Source: Thermoproteota archaeon (GTDB lineage: Archaea; Korarchaeota; Korarchaeia; Korarchaeales; Korarchaeaceae). From it: a DNA stretch of 64,000 nt. Position 1 is the first letter of the stretch, and each line of letters starts with the position of its first letter. The notes below the pieces were generated by a model. It made no database searches and was not told the DNA's origin. It saw nothing but the letters and a program-made list of their open reading frames with translations. This document shows positions 10,007 to 20,700 of the stretch, one piece after another. The stretch lies in the NCBI GenBank assembly GCA_026986575.1, contig JALSOH010000004.1, forward strand, positions 608,001 to 672,000. The letters run 5' to 3'. The position numbers and the translations under genes are program-made.

Positions 10007-10752
10007 CTGATCACCACCTCGAACCCGCTCTCCTGAATCCTCTCAAAGAGGTCGCCTCCGCCGCTGGCCACGATCCTACCGTCGTACATCACATGGACCC
10101 TATCCACCTTCAAGTGCCTGTACAGTCCCCCCGTGTGAGTTATGAGCAAGAGGGTGATACCCTCTTGCAGGGCCCTGTCGAGCAGCCTTCCAATGATGTT
10201 CAGGGAGTCCACATCCACTCCTGAGTCAGGCTCGTCCAGTATAGCAAGCTTAGGCCTGAGGGCGAACATCTGCAGGATCTCGAATTTCTTCTTCTCTCCT
10301 CCAGAGAATCCCACGTTTATCTCCCTATCCAAGAATCCCTCATTGAATCCGAGGGCCTCCAAGTAGGGTCCGAGCTTCTCCGTCACGAACTCAACCACAT
10401 GCTCCCTCAGCGGGGTCAGAGGCTTTTCTCCAGTTCTCTTCTCGATGAGCTTCGCTAGATAATCGACCATGTTTAGACCCTCTATCTCCACGGGATTCTG
10501 GAATGCTAGAAATATACCTCTCCTAGCTCTCTCGTCTGGAGGGAGTGATGTGATGTCCCTACCCTCGAAGAAGATCTTCCCTCCCACCACCTCGTAGGCC
10601 GGATGGCCCGCCACAGCGAGGGCTAAGGTGGACTTCCCGGATCCGTTGGGGCCTATGATCAGATGAACCTGTCTCCCTTGAACCTCCAGATTAGCTCCCT
10701 TAATTATCTCCCTGTCCTCTACGCGGACCCTGAGTCCTTCAAGTCTCAGCAT
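10003..10752 (-). CDS. sufC: Fe-S cluster assembly ATPase SufC
   Basis: GPNGSGKST, IFLAFQNP, NVGFSGGEKK, ILDEPDSGVDVD. Confidence 0.95.
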   Translation of the reverse strand: MLRLEGLRVRVEDREIIKGANLEVQGRQVHLIIGPNGSGKSTLALAVAGHPAYEVVGGKIFFEGRDITSLPPDERARRGIFLAFQNPVEIEGLNMVDYLAKLIEKRTGEKPLTPLREHVVEFVTEKLGPYLEALGFNEGFLDREINVGFSGGEKKKFEILQMFALRPKLAILDEPDSGVDVDSLNIIGRLLDRALQEGITLLLITHTGGLYRHLKVDRVHVMYDGRIVASGGGDLFERIQESGFEVVIR

Positions 10753-10856
10753 TTTGGAACACCTTCCAGTCTAACCGAGGGCGACTTATTTTACCTTCAC
10801 CTATAGAACTATTGTTATGGATTCAACATTATAAAGTTGCGCAGACGAGGGGCGCG

Positions 10857-12179
10857 ATGAAGGGCCTCCCCCTCCTATTGCTCCTAGCTTCGTTCACCAT
10901 CCTACCCATGCTACACAGCGATGCACTACCCCTGATAGAGGTGTGGGTCGAGGACGCCTCGGCTAAACAGGTCGCGTTATCCAGCAAACTGATGGCATAC
11001 CTTAGTGAGAACGGAACTCTCGTGATCACGAGCGATCGTGGTAGGCTGGCGATCAGGGTGGGCGGAGGGAGGCTTATAGCCGGGAGGGATATATTCCTTC
11101 AAAAGGGAGACGCTCTCTACTTGGTCACCGCTACGGACCTCGAGAGAGTAATGGAATGCGGGAGATGCTTCTTCTACCCCTATTCCAAGGATAGGATCGC
11201 TGTAGTGGATTCCAAGGGTCTACTGCTGGTCTCAGATGGGGAGAAGAGGAGATTGCGAGTGAAGGGCACGGTCAGATGGTCCGACGACGGCCGGAGGCTC
11301 TCAGTGATATCAGGCGATGAGCTCCTCGTGGTGAACGCCTCCGGCTCTGTAGTATGGAGGAAGGACATGAACACTCAGCTCTTCGATGCTGAGCCAGATG
11401 ATCTAACTTACGTTTGCATGAAGGGATGCGAGGTGTACGCGATAAACGAAAGATCCTTCGTGGCTTGGACCAACAGGCTATGCAAGTGCTGCATCCCCGG
11501 CAAGCTCGATAAGTCGGGGAGTCTCCTCTTCGTGCTGGTTCAGGGGAAGGAGCTGGCAGTACTGAATACTAGCGATGGGAGGAGGATTCAGTCCCTGAGC
11601 CTAGAGGGGTACGAGATAGACGCCATCCCGGGGATCATAGCTGTTAGGGATGGGGAGGGAAGGATACATGTGATGGTGGACGCCAGCAGAGTGCATATCA
11701 AGGGGGAGAGCAGTGGCGTGCTCATCAGCTGGGATGTGCCCAGCTGGCTGAAGTACGGAGAGATCACAGTGGAACATCCTTGGGGCAAAGTAGCTATCCC
11801 GGTAGGCCCTGACAGCTTTGTGCCGATCCCAGCAAAGGGAGACGTCAACGTGACCTTGAGAGGTGCCTCTGGGGAGATCTCCCTTATCGTGAAAGTGAGA
11901 CCGCTAAATGTGACCGCTACGCCTTTCGGAGATATTCGTATCTCCGGAGACGGGATCTTCGAGGTCGAGGTCGATGGTAGGAGGTACGTTCCCCCTATCC
12001 GGGTGGATACCGGGTGGCTTCCTACGTACACCTTAAAGATCTACAACCACGGCGTGCTGGTAGCTGAACGCACCTCGTTTAACGCAAGACCGCTCCTAAT
12101 TATTGTGATCTCGATTATAGCCGTTCTTCTCTGGAAGCTTAGCTCCAGATCCTCAAGTCAAGGAAAGACCCCCGATTAA
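10857..12179 (+). CDS. Hypothetical secreted, membrane-anchored beta-rich protein
   Basis: Signal peptide from ATG 10857, beta-propeller-like middle, C-terminal TM helix. Confidence 0.65.
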   Translation: MKGLPLLLLLASFTILPMLHSDALPLIEVWVEDASAKQVALSSKLMAYLSENGTLVITSDRGRLAIRVGGGRLIAGRDIFLQKGDALYLVTATDLERVMECGRCFFYPYSKDRIAVVDSKGLLLVSDGEKRRLRVKGTVRWSDDGRRLSVISGDELLVVNASGSVVWRKDMNTQLFDAEPDDLTYVCMKGCEVYAINERSFVAWTNRLCKCCIPGKLDKSGSLLFVLVQGKELAVLNTSDGRRIQSLSLEGYEIDAIPGIIAVRDGEGRIHVMVDASRVHIKGESSGVLISWDVPSWLKYGEITVEHPWGKVAIPVGPDSFVPIPAKGDVNVTLRGASGEISLIVKVRPLNVTATPFGDIRISGDGIFEVEVDGRRYVPPIRVDTGWLPTYTLKIYNHGVLVAERTSFNARPLLIIVISIIAVLLWKLSSRSSSQGKTPD

Positions 12180-12208
12180 TCTTTATTTTGTCTCATTCGT
12201 TAAGGCCT

Positions 12209-12988
12209 ATGGAACTAGGATTGGCCGGTAAGCTGGCCGTTGTAACTGGAGGAAGCTCCGGTTTAGGTAAAGCTGCCGCTGCATCATTACTTAAGGAGGG
12301 CGCTAGGGTCCTGATTGCATCACGGACGGAGGAAAGGTTGAGGAAAGCCGTGAGCGATTTGTCGGGTCTGGGAGAGGTGGAGGCCCAAAGAACCGATCTG
12401 ATCAAATTAGAGGACATAGAATCCCTCTTTAGGAGATCCGAGGAGATGGGAGGGGCCGATATACTTGTGATCAGCTATGGAGGACCGAGAATAGCCAGAT
12501 TTCCCGATCTCAATGATGGAGATTGGTATCACGCCTATGAACTCTTGGTGATGAGCGTAGTCAGGCTTGCTAGGCTGTTTGGCTTCAGGATGAAGGAGAG
12601 GAGGTGGGGCAGGATAGTTCTGGTCACCTCGGTGGCAATCAAGGAGGTGAACATGAATATACCCCTCTCCACCAGCGTGAGGCTCTCCTTGGCTGGTCTC
12701 GTCAAGGTCCTATCGAGGGAGCTAGCCCCAGAGGTGAACGTTAATGCCGTCATGCCCGGCCATTTCATGACAGAGAGGCAGCGGGATCTCCTTAGATCGA
12801 GGGCAGCTGAGAGGGATCTGTCGCTTGAAGAAATGGAGATCGAGGCGGCAAGGGAGATACCTCTGGCCAGATTCGGAAGACCCGAGGAGCTGGGCGATGT
12901 GATCGCCTTCCTGGCGAGTGAGAGGGCGAGCTACATAACAGGCTCTCTCATACCCGTGGATGGGGGCCTGCTGTCCTGCACCCTGTGA
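12209..12988 (+). CDS. SDR family oxidoreductase
   Basis: VTGGSSGLG, NAVMPG, ASYITGSLIPVDGG. Catalytic YxxxK is replaced by SxxxR (atypical BKR-like subgroup). Confidence 0.9.
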   Translation: MELGLAGKLAVVTGGSSGLGKAAAASLLKEGARVLIASRTEERLRKAVSDLSGLGEVEAQRTDLIKLEDIESLFRRSEEMGGADILVISYGGPRIARFPDLNDGDWYHAYELLVMSVVRLARLFGFRMKERRWGRIVLVTSVAIKEVNMNIPLSTSVRLSLAGLVKVLSRELAPEVNVNAVMPGHFMTERQRDLLRSRAAERDLSLEEMEIEAAREIPLARFGRPEELGDVIAFLASERASYITGSLIPVDGGLLSCTL

Positions 12989-12992
12989 GGTG

Positions 12993-14033
12993 ATGAGTTT
13001 GTCGGAGTGGATAGGTCTCTTGGAGAAACTGTCAGTCGCAGCTGGCCCTCCCGGCTTCGAGGACGAGGTTCGGGAAATCTTGATAGAGGAGCTCAAGGAA
13101 AGCGTCGATCAGCTGTTCACCGATCCCTTCGGGAATCTGTACGCGGTGAAGAGGGGTAAGAGCGAGAGGAAGCTGATGATCGCCGCTCACATGGACGAGG
13201 TGGCTCTCATGGTCAGGTACTTGGAGCCAGATGGGTTCCTCAGGGTCACTAACTTGGGAGGACTCAATCCAGCCCAGCTTCTGTCTCAGAGAGTGCTCTT
13301 GCACGGGAGGAAGAAGCTCAGGGGAGTTATAGGGACCCTACCGGTCCACATGGGTAAGGAGGAGCCCCCAAAGATGGAGGATCTCTATGTAGATGTGGGA
13401 GCCACCAACAGGGAGCAGCTGGAAAAGCTAGGGGTCAGGCCCGGGACCCCTGTGACCTTCGATGTCCCCTTCATCCACCAAGAGGACACGGGAGTAGTGA
13501 TAGGGAAGGCGCTGGACGACAGACTGGGATGCCTCGTCTTGGCAGAATCCCTCAAGAGGATTAACGACCCCGATATGACAATCTACGGGGTGTTCACCTC
13601 ACAAGAGGAGAGGGGGATGAGGGGTGCAACAGTCGCGGTGAACAGGATCCAGCCGGATCTGGCGTTCGTGCTCGAGGGAACGATAGCGTCTGATGTACCG
13701 GGAGTTCCGGCCCATAAATACGTAACTGAGCTTGGAAAGGGGCCCGCCCTGAGGGTTATGGATAGGACTGTGATCGTGCAGAGGTGGCTCCTCGAGGAGA
13801 TGGTATCTAGGGCGGAGAAGCTCAGCATACCCCACCAGCTACAGCTCTCCCCAACGAGCGGGACTGATGCAGCTGCCATAAGTGTCGGGGGGAAGGGGAC
13901 TCCTGTTGGGATAGTATCAGTCCCAGCTAGGTATATTCACACGCCCTCAAGCCTCGCCCGAGTCGAGGATGTAGAGAACGCGTTGAAGCTGATGACCGAT
14001 CTAGCGAGATCGCCACCAGAGCCTAGATATTGA
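12993..14033 (+). CDS. M42 family aminopeptidase (TET)
   Basis: AAHMDEV, KALDDRLG, QEERGMRGA, GTDA, RYIHTP. Confidence 0.93.
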   Translation: MSLSEWIGLLEKLSVAAGPPGFEDEVREILIEELKESVDQLFTDPFGNLYAVKRGKSERKLMIAAHMDEVALMVRYLEPDGFLRVTNLGGLNPAQLLSQRVLLHGRKKLRGVIGTLPVHMGKEEPPKMEDLYVDVGATNREQLEKLGVRPGTPVTFDVPFIHQEDTGVVIGKALDDRLGCLVLAESLKRINDPDMTIYGVFTSQEERGMRGATVAVNRIQPDLAFVLEGTIASDVPGVPAHKYVTELGKGPALRVMDRTVIVQRWLLEEMVSRAEKLSIPHQLQLSPTSGTDAAAISVGGKGTPVGIVSVPARYIHTPSSLARVEDVENALKLMTDLARSPPEPRY

Positions 14034-15225
14034 GTAGAATCCTCTCCCGGAATACCATTCCCCTCCTCTTCATTTCATCTAAGAAGGGCATCGGATCGAT
14101 GACTTCCTCGGGATAGTGGACGCCGGGCAGGTTCAAGATCCCGAGCCCGATCCACTGAGCTGCTAAGGAGGCGGGACTTCCCACAAGCAGGGCCTGAGCG
14201 CTCACATTCCACCTTTCACTCCAGCTTATCAGTGCCTCTACTAAGATCTCCACTCTTAAACCTCCTCTCCAGCCCTTAGCGATAACCGCCATCACATCAT
14301 GATCATTTGGCTTGAGTTCTTTCTCCCTCAGGGATCCTAAGATTAGCTCCCTCACAACATCCCTCGGTATAATGCTCACATCTCCAAGCTTAATGGGTCG
14401 AGTTGACGTCAATCCTAAGTCGTGGAGCAACCTGTACTTCATCAGAAGATCTCTGGGAAAGGATAGCTTGTAATCGACGAACCTCAATCCCTTACTCCTG
14501 AAGGTCTCACCAAGGGAGTACACCTCGGGATGCTCGACGTAGTATAACTCCTGCTCTCCAACTGGATGGGGAAAAGACATGATCTCCCTGCCCGAGAAGG
14601 GGTCAACCAGCTCTATACTCCCGTCCCTCCACACCTCTACGGGCTGCTCCATTTCATCGAATATTGTGTCTAGGGAGTATGGAACCGGAAGCGGCACGCC
14701 CATCGAATCATAATCGTTTAGATCTATCCATCCCTCCCTCAAGAGGAGCGTATCAACCCTGTCGAGTTCCTCAACGGCCTTAGCAGCCATCACATTTATG
14801 AGCCCCGGGCTCCCACCCATCTCTAATAGAGCAATTAGACCTTTACTCCTGAACTGATGGTCCATTTCTCTCTGGACTAACAACGTCTCTACGTCATCTC
14901 CCAAGTCCAAGTAGTGGATCCCTGCCTCTAAAGCAGCCCTCATGACAACCGGTATTGTCGTATAGAGGGCTGCATCGATGACCACGTCTGTCTTGAACTT
15001 TTTGAGAGAGGATATCACCTCATCGAGCTTCGTGGCATCCAGCCTGGCATACCTCACCTCCTTGTACCTAGTTAGACTGCTCGCCTCATCTGCGACCCGG
15101 CGCGCCCTATCACCGTCAATGTCGGCAACTAGCACGGACTCAACATCCGGACTCATGAAATCATCGGCTAGGTCCAGCACTGCCGCTCTCCCCATCACGC
15201 CAGCTCCTATAACCGCAATTCTCAT
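14023..15225 (-). CDS. Saccharopine dehydrogenase family oxidoreductase
   Basis: IGAGVMG Rossmann motif, HYLDLG, MGGSPGLIN, VEHPEV. Confidence 0.85.
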   Translation of the reverse strand: MRIAVIGAGVMGRAAVLDLADDFMSPDVESVLVADIDGDRARRVADEASSLTRYKEVRYARLDATKLDEVISSLKKFKTDVVIDAALYTTIPVVMRAALEAGIHYLDLGDDVETLLVQREMDHQFRSKGLIALLEMGGSPGLINVMAAKAVEELDRVDTLLLREGWIDLNDYDSMGVPLPVPYSLDTIFDEMEQPVEVWRDGSIELVDPFSGREIMSFPHPVGEQELYYVEHPEVYSLGETFRSKGLRFVDYKLSFPRDLLMKYRLLHDLGLTSTRPIKLGDVSIIPRDVVRELILGSLREKELKPNDHDVMAVIAKGWRGGLRVEILVEALISWSERWNVSAQALLVGSPASLAAQWIGLGILNLPGVHYPEEVIDPMPFLDEMKRRGMVFRERILLNI

Positions 15226-15413
15226 CGTGCTTCTAACGCGGACTGGCTCATCGAATAATTAAAGGATTTTTACTTTAGGATGGCAGCGCGCGGGGTCTCA
15301 AATTTTCGGTCCTTGCTCTAAATTGATGAGTTCGGGTTGCAAAGGCGCGGAAGGGAGGAAACCTACTTTATAATTTGCTGTGTAAATCATAAAAATTAAT
15401 AATTATAATGATA

Positions 15414-15433
15414 TACGTTGTCAAAACAACGTA
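15414..15433. promoter_or_regulatory. Perfect inverted repeat operator TACGTTGT-N4-ACAACGTA abutting a TATA box
   Basis: 8-bp arms directly upstream of AACTTTAATTA, in an AT-rich spacer before ORF 15466. Confidence 0.6.
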
Positions 15434-15465
15434 AACTTTAATTAAATGATCTCCCGACTAACCGG

Positions 15466-17055
15466 GTGCTTATGCCGCTATCCGGAAAAAACCTAATTAA
15501 CCTAGTTCTCATCGTCTTAATAGTTGCTGTCGGTATCCTGACCTTCACGGGCTCGGCTGCACTGGGTGGAGAGCCGAAGCTGGACATCAAGGTGCATTAT
15601 AAAGAGCAGATAATATCGGCGGCCTACAAAGTTTATGGAAGACCGAGCCTGAAATTCTGGGTTGCCAAGACAGTCCTGAAGAACACGGGCGATGTGCCCG
15701 TGAGGAGCGTCAAGGTGAGTTACTATATAGAGGGATACACCTCTTGGTCGACTCCCACCGAATACGACGAGATACCACCAGGGAGCGCCGTGGTTGATAC
15801 CTACTACCCCAAGTTACCGAAAAAGGTGGCGGAGCTCACTTCCCCAGTCCCCACCAAGCTGTACATAAAGGTCACTTACGATAAGGGCGGGAGGACGGAG
15901 GAAGTAGTTCAGAGCAAGGATATAGAGATCCTAGGAGTTCACGACATAGTGTATTCATCAATACCGGCAGAGGAATCCCTGCTCACATTCCCTGATGTGT
16001 TCAGCAATGCTCCGCTTCTGGCCGCTTGGGTCACCCCGACTGATCCTGTAGTGAGGGAATTCTCCGACTTGGGGAACAAGCTAGCTGGAGGTGCTGGAGC
16101 ATCCCTATCTGATGAAGGAGCACTTAAAACAATGCAGGGCATATGGCAGGCTCTCTTGATAAGAGGAACAACCTATAAAACTGAACCAGAGGGTTTCTGG
16201 ACCGGAAAATATGCACAGTACGTCAAATTCCCCAGAGACACTATCCTAGATGGGGAGGGGACCTGCCTAGATCTGGCGATAATGTACGCAAGCCTAGTAG
16301 CTGCGCAGGGGCTTACCGATGTCTACATAATGCTGGTACCTGGTCATGCATTCCCCATCGTTAGGCTGCCGAAGAGCGGGGCAATGATACCGATTGAGAC
16401 CACAACCCTCAATCAAGGCGCCACATTCAAGCAAGCCGTGCAAACGGCGGTGTATAACTGGCAGCAGAAGTTCAGCAAGGGGCCTTACATCCCGATAAGC
16501 ATCAAGATATGGCAGGCTTCCGGAGTAACCCCACCAGAACTACCTTCCCTGCCACCAGATATACTGGAGAGGAAGGGGATCAAGCAAAAGATACTCGCGG
16601 TCATCAACAAGCTAGGTGGAGAACTCAGATCCTACTCTAACAATTACTTCTCCATAAGGTACCCATCATCTTGGAGCGAGGATAGTGGCACAGACGATGA
16701 GGGGAGCTACATCAGCTGGACCTATCCAGAAGACGAGGGGATGACCCTCTATATATCATGGACCCCCTTTCAAGGGTCTCTGAGCGACTACATTTCGTAT
16801 ATTGAGTCCCTGTACGACGAACAGAGGATGGGAATGCAGCAGGGCCAGATGGGCGCCTGTCCTTACGTGATAGCTTCCTATGCTTGGGAATACGAGGGTC
16901 AGCCGTGGATGAGCAATGAGATATACATACTCTGCAAAGGGGTTGGAATCCACCTATCCTTCCAAGCGGAGAAGCGTTACTGGGACGATGGGACGGCAAG
17001 CACTGTCTGGGACAGAGTGGCAAGCACATTTTACCCCATTGTGGCCGGAGGGTGA
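15466..17055 (+). CDS. Membrane-anchored transglutaminase-like (Cys-His-Glu) protein with Ig-like N-domain and PsbP-like C-domain
   Basis: N-terminal TM. GTCLDLA, LVPGHAFP and IPIETT triad. C-terminal YSNNYFSIRYPSSW is a PsbP-like start. Confidence 0.7.
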   Translation: MLMPLSGKNLINLVLIVLIVAVGILTFTGSAALGGEPKLDIKVHYKEQIISAAYKVYGRPSLKFWVAKTVLKNTGDVPVRSVKVSYYIEGYTSWSTPTEYDEIPPGSAVVDTYYPKLPKKVAELTSPVPTKLYIKVTYDKGGRTEEVVQSKDIEILGVHDIVYSSIPAEESLLTFPDVFSNAPLLAAWVTPTDPVVREFSDLGNKLAGGAGASLSDEGALKTMQGIWQALLIRGTTYKTEPEGFWTGKYAQYVKFPRDTILDGEGTCLDLAIMYASLVAAQGLTDVYIMLVPGHAFPIVRLPKSGAMIPIETTTLNQGATFKQAVQTAVYNWQQKFSKGPYIPISIKIWQASGVTPPELPSLPPDILERKGIKQKILAVINKLGGELRSYSNNYFSIRYPSSWSEDSGTDDEGSYISWTYPEDEGMTLYISWTPFQGSLSDYISYIESLYDEQRMGMQQGQMGACPYVIASYAWEYEGQPWMSNEIYILCKGVGIHLSFQAEKRYWDDGTASTVWDRVASTFYPIVAGG

Positions 17056-17059
17056 TGAC

Positions 17060-17761
17060 ATGAAGCTCAGAGCTTTGCTCTTGATCTTGACCATGCTCGT
17101 CCTGTGCAGTCCACTCCTTGCGAGCGCTCAGCCCATAGCGCTGGGGCAACCCACCAAGGGAATAGAACTCCCAGTAAAGCTAGAGATAGACGACATTCTG
17201 AACATGACCGTGATGGAGAACGGATTGGTCAAGGTGGATGAGGTCGTCAAGGCCACAGCCACAGGCTACCTGATACTGAAGCAGCAATATCCCCTGTCCT
17301 TCCTGTTCAAGAGGTTCATTGAGATGGACAAGGCCGATGTGGAGCTCGAAAACCTGACCGTTAACTTCGACGATGCCAACAGGAGGGTGACAGCCAGCTA
17401 TGTAGCCTTAGGAATGACCGCCAAGAAGATGGATAAGTGGGTTTTCTCCATGGAAGGTGACGCGAAACTCACTACTAGGGCTGGAAACACGCTTGTCTTC
17501 AGTAAGACATTCCCCATGCCCTTGGGTGGGAAAAAGAACATGGTAATAACAGTGCATCTCCCCGAGTCAGCCAGCGATGTATCCGTGACCTCAGAGGGAG
17601 GCTACACTAGGATCTACTACAGGCTCCCTTCTAGCGGATCCGGTGGTAATCTGATCCTCATGGGCATCTTAGGGGCTCTGATAGTTCTCCTAGTACTGAA
17701 CTTGGTACTAAAAGAGGGGCTACTAGGTCTTCTCAAGATGTTGAAGAGGGAAAAGGCCTGA
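17060..17761 (+). CDS. Hypothetical secreted protein with C-terminal TM anchor
   Basis: RBS GGAGGGTGA, signal peptide MKLRALLLIL..., ITVHLPESA beta-sandwich motif, C-terminal TM. Confidence 0.75.
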   Translation: MKLRALLLILTMLVLCSPLLASAQPIALGQPTKGIELPVKLEIDDILNMTVMENGLVKVDEVVKATATGYLILKQQYPLSFLFKRFIEMDKADVELENLTVNFDDANRRVTASYVALGMTAKKMDKWVFSMEGDAKLTTRAGNTLVFSKTFPMPLGGKKNMVITVHLPESASDVSVTSEGGYTRIYYRLPSSGSGGNLILMGILGALIVLLVLNLVLKEGLLGLLKMLKREKA

Positions 17762-17766
17762 GGATC

Positions 17767-20700
17767 TCATCCCCCCGAACCCGTTTTCTCCACCTTTATT
17801 TCACTCAATTCCACAATACCGTCACCATCATCCACCCACTTGAGAAGGGTCAATCTCTTATCGACCCCCCTATTGACTAACCAGAGCAGCCCCGCTCTAG
17901 TCCCGTACCTAGTTACCCCAGCGATCCTGTAGAAAGTGAAACCACCGCATTTTGTCCTCTCTATCAACGAGTAATCGATCTTACCGAAACTGGATATGTA
18001 GGTCCGATTTTCGACTCTGATACCCACAAACACGCCGTTATGCTTGATGAACTCAGTGCCTCCGCTTATAGACCAGCTTGGGTCCACGGCTGGACCACCT
18101 AGCCTGATGACCGCTCCGGATGAGGTGAAAGGAGCCTCCAATTTGGAGATCAGGTCGGCATTCATTGACCTATCTACCCCAAAAGCCGCGATATCTGCCC
18201 CCACAGGCTTAGAAGGACCACCTTCGTCCCCGACGAAGATGAGCAGGAAGGTCTCAGGGGTATTAATGTGACCAGACACGGGTTCCACCGCGAGCGAATC
18301 GAAGTAAAGCACCCATCCCTCTGATTGACTCACCTTCCCCTTCACATTCCCAACATTAACTAGGGAGAGTACCTCACACCCATTTCCGAATCTCTCCACT
18401 AGGACTCCCTCTGGAGCCTCCACGGCACCTCGAAGGAATCTGGACAAGGATTCAATATCGATCCTTCTACCGACTCTCAGCTCCTCAACTATCCTGCCTC
18501 TCTCATCAAGGACGCCAAGCTTCCCTACAACTAGGAGTTCGCCCCCATACGAGGCCAAGATTCCCCTAGCCTCGCTACTCAGGACCCTCAGCTCAGGAGC
18601 GATGAGTACATCGTACTGGGATAGCTCTGACTTGGAGGCCATTTCAATAGGGATCACGTCGAATTGAACGTGTTCCTCGGCTAGGACCCTGATTACCTCC
18701 CTGAAAGTCCTCATGTGAATTGTCCCCTCCACGTCGTAAGGGCCCGCTATGTAGGTGTCTACAAAGTCCCTCGTAAAGGAAGAGAAGAGCACTCCCACCC
18801 TGCTCCTCGTACTCCTCTTCACTCCCGAGAGCATCTTAACCAACCAGAAGGCCCGTTTCCTGAATTCAGCGCCCACACTTCCCGTCATCAGTCCGTTCGA
18901 GTTGGTCTCGAAGAAGCCGTTAGTTAGCGGGAGCAGGAGTCCGAGTTGCTTGGCGGAATCAGAAGCATCCCTCCCGTAGGTCAGAGGTATGATGATACCA
19001 TCTCGGACAGATCCTCTCTCATGCTTCAGCATCGCGTAAAAGTGGGCCCACTCCGAGAGAGTGGCATTGGAGAGACCCTCTTCCCAAGCTGGAGGGCCTA
19101 TCTCAGGAACGAGGACGATTGTCGGATTGTATCGCAGGAACACCGGATCGAATCCTAGCTCCGTAGCCCCAGCATCGCAGGCAGAACTCTCAACCAAGAG
19201 GGCCTTGCCGAGAGAGAAAGCCTCTTCGGCGACGGCGAGGACGAGGTCAAGCGCCATGTCGTGCCTCCATCTCAGCCACAGTGGGAACGAGGGATCGTCT
19301 GTGGAGCTCGGGGAAGACTCCCAATATTCCTCCTCGAATCCTTCCCTTCCCCAATCGGAAGCATCGGGCCACAGATCACTCATCTCCTCTGTCAAATACT
19401 CGGGGAGATGAGGAACATCTAGCCAAACACCGTCGGCCACTTCCAACAACTTCCTGACCCTGTCAATCAGGATTTCCCTATGTGGCGACAGGGGGGACAT
19501 CCAAAGATCGATTTCACCTCCCTCCACCCACGGAACATTCAGCTCCTCTCCGGTAACTACCAGCCTCCTTCCATCCAAGGAGACTTGGGCCCATTCCTCA
19601 TGGATAGGCTCGTCGCAAACGACCTCCAGAGCGGGAACGTAAACCACCACCCTCATACCCAAGGAGCGGGCCTCTCTGGTTATGGCTCTCACGGTCTCTA
19701 ATGCCTTGGAGAAGTCCCTATACAACATGTCACACGAACTGAGTCCTACATCCAGCTCCACCAAAGACACTCCCTGATCCTTCAGGGCAGAGATATCGAC
19801 ATCAGGAGATTCAGCGTACACTGAAACCACACGTGCTCCCTTCAACCAATTCGGGGCTTGATAATCCTTGACCCTTCTGAATTCATCGAATATGGCTCTC
19901 ATCAGCCCATATCTCTCCTCACCTACACCCTCCCAGAAGACGTATATGCCATCTGCTCCGGCGGATGCGATCCAAAAGGCCCTCTTCCTTGCTTCCTCCT
20001 CGCTCAACCCAGGCAGATCAGGCAAATACGTAGATGCCACTACCTTACTGGCTACCTGACGGGCCTTCCAAACGGTTTTGAAGTGCCTCAATCTGCTCTC
20101 ACTGGAAGGGATCATCACGTAGAGGGTTCCCGTTACTGCCGCTATACCGGAGAAGTCTATTCCATACGTCTCCAAGGGATCCCATATCAGGAGGTGAGGT
20201 CTCACCTCTATGCTAGGCCTCACCTCTCTTGCTGCCGAGGTGATAATCCTGATCAGCTCTGTAACCTGCTCGGCCCTCCACTTTACCCATTTCTCTCGTA
20301 TCTGGTCGTCCCCCTCGATGAACGATGCCCACTCCTCCGGAGAGTTTCCCTTTACCGTTACGCCGGTATCTCTCTCGAACGCTCTAACGGTAAACTCATC
20401 GTAGCTCGTCAGAAGGGATGTATTACTTCTCTCCAAGTAGACATCGGAGAACTGGAAGTTGTCGTTGATGTCAATGCCGTCGACGCCCAAGGCAGCCACT
20501 TCCCTCGCCACGCCTCTCAGTAGATCAATGCATTCCCTTTCCCTCACTATCCTCGATGGGGGGACTATTCTATGGAAGTAGTCGGCGGAGTAAAAATCGG
20601 AAGGTCTGCCGTTGGACAGAACGGCTATCCATTCCGGATGCTTCCTCAACCACACCTCGTGTGGGATATTTACCCATCCATAAACCCTCATTCCTAGCTT

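Noticed and set aside
19858-20523. 221-aa antisense ORF and many similar shadow ORFs
   Set aside because: They lie opposite well-supported genes and have no motifs or RBS.
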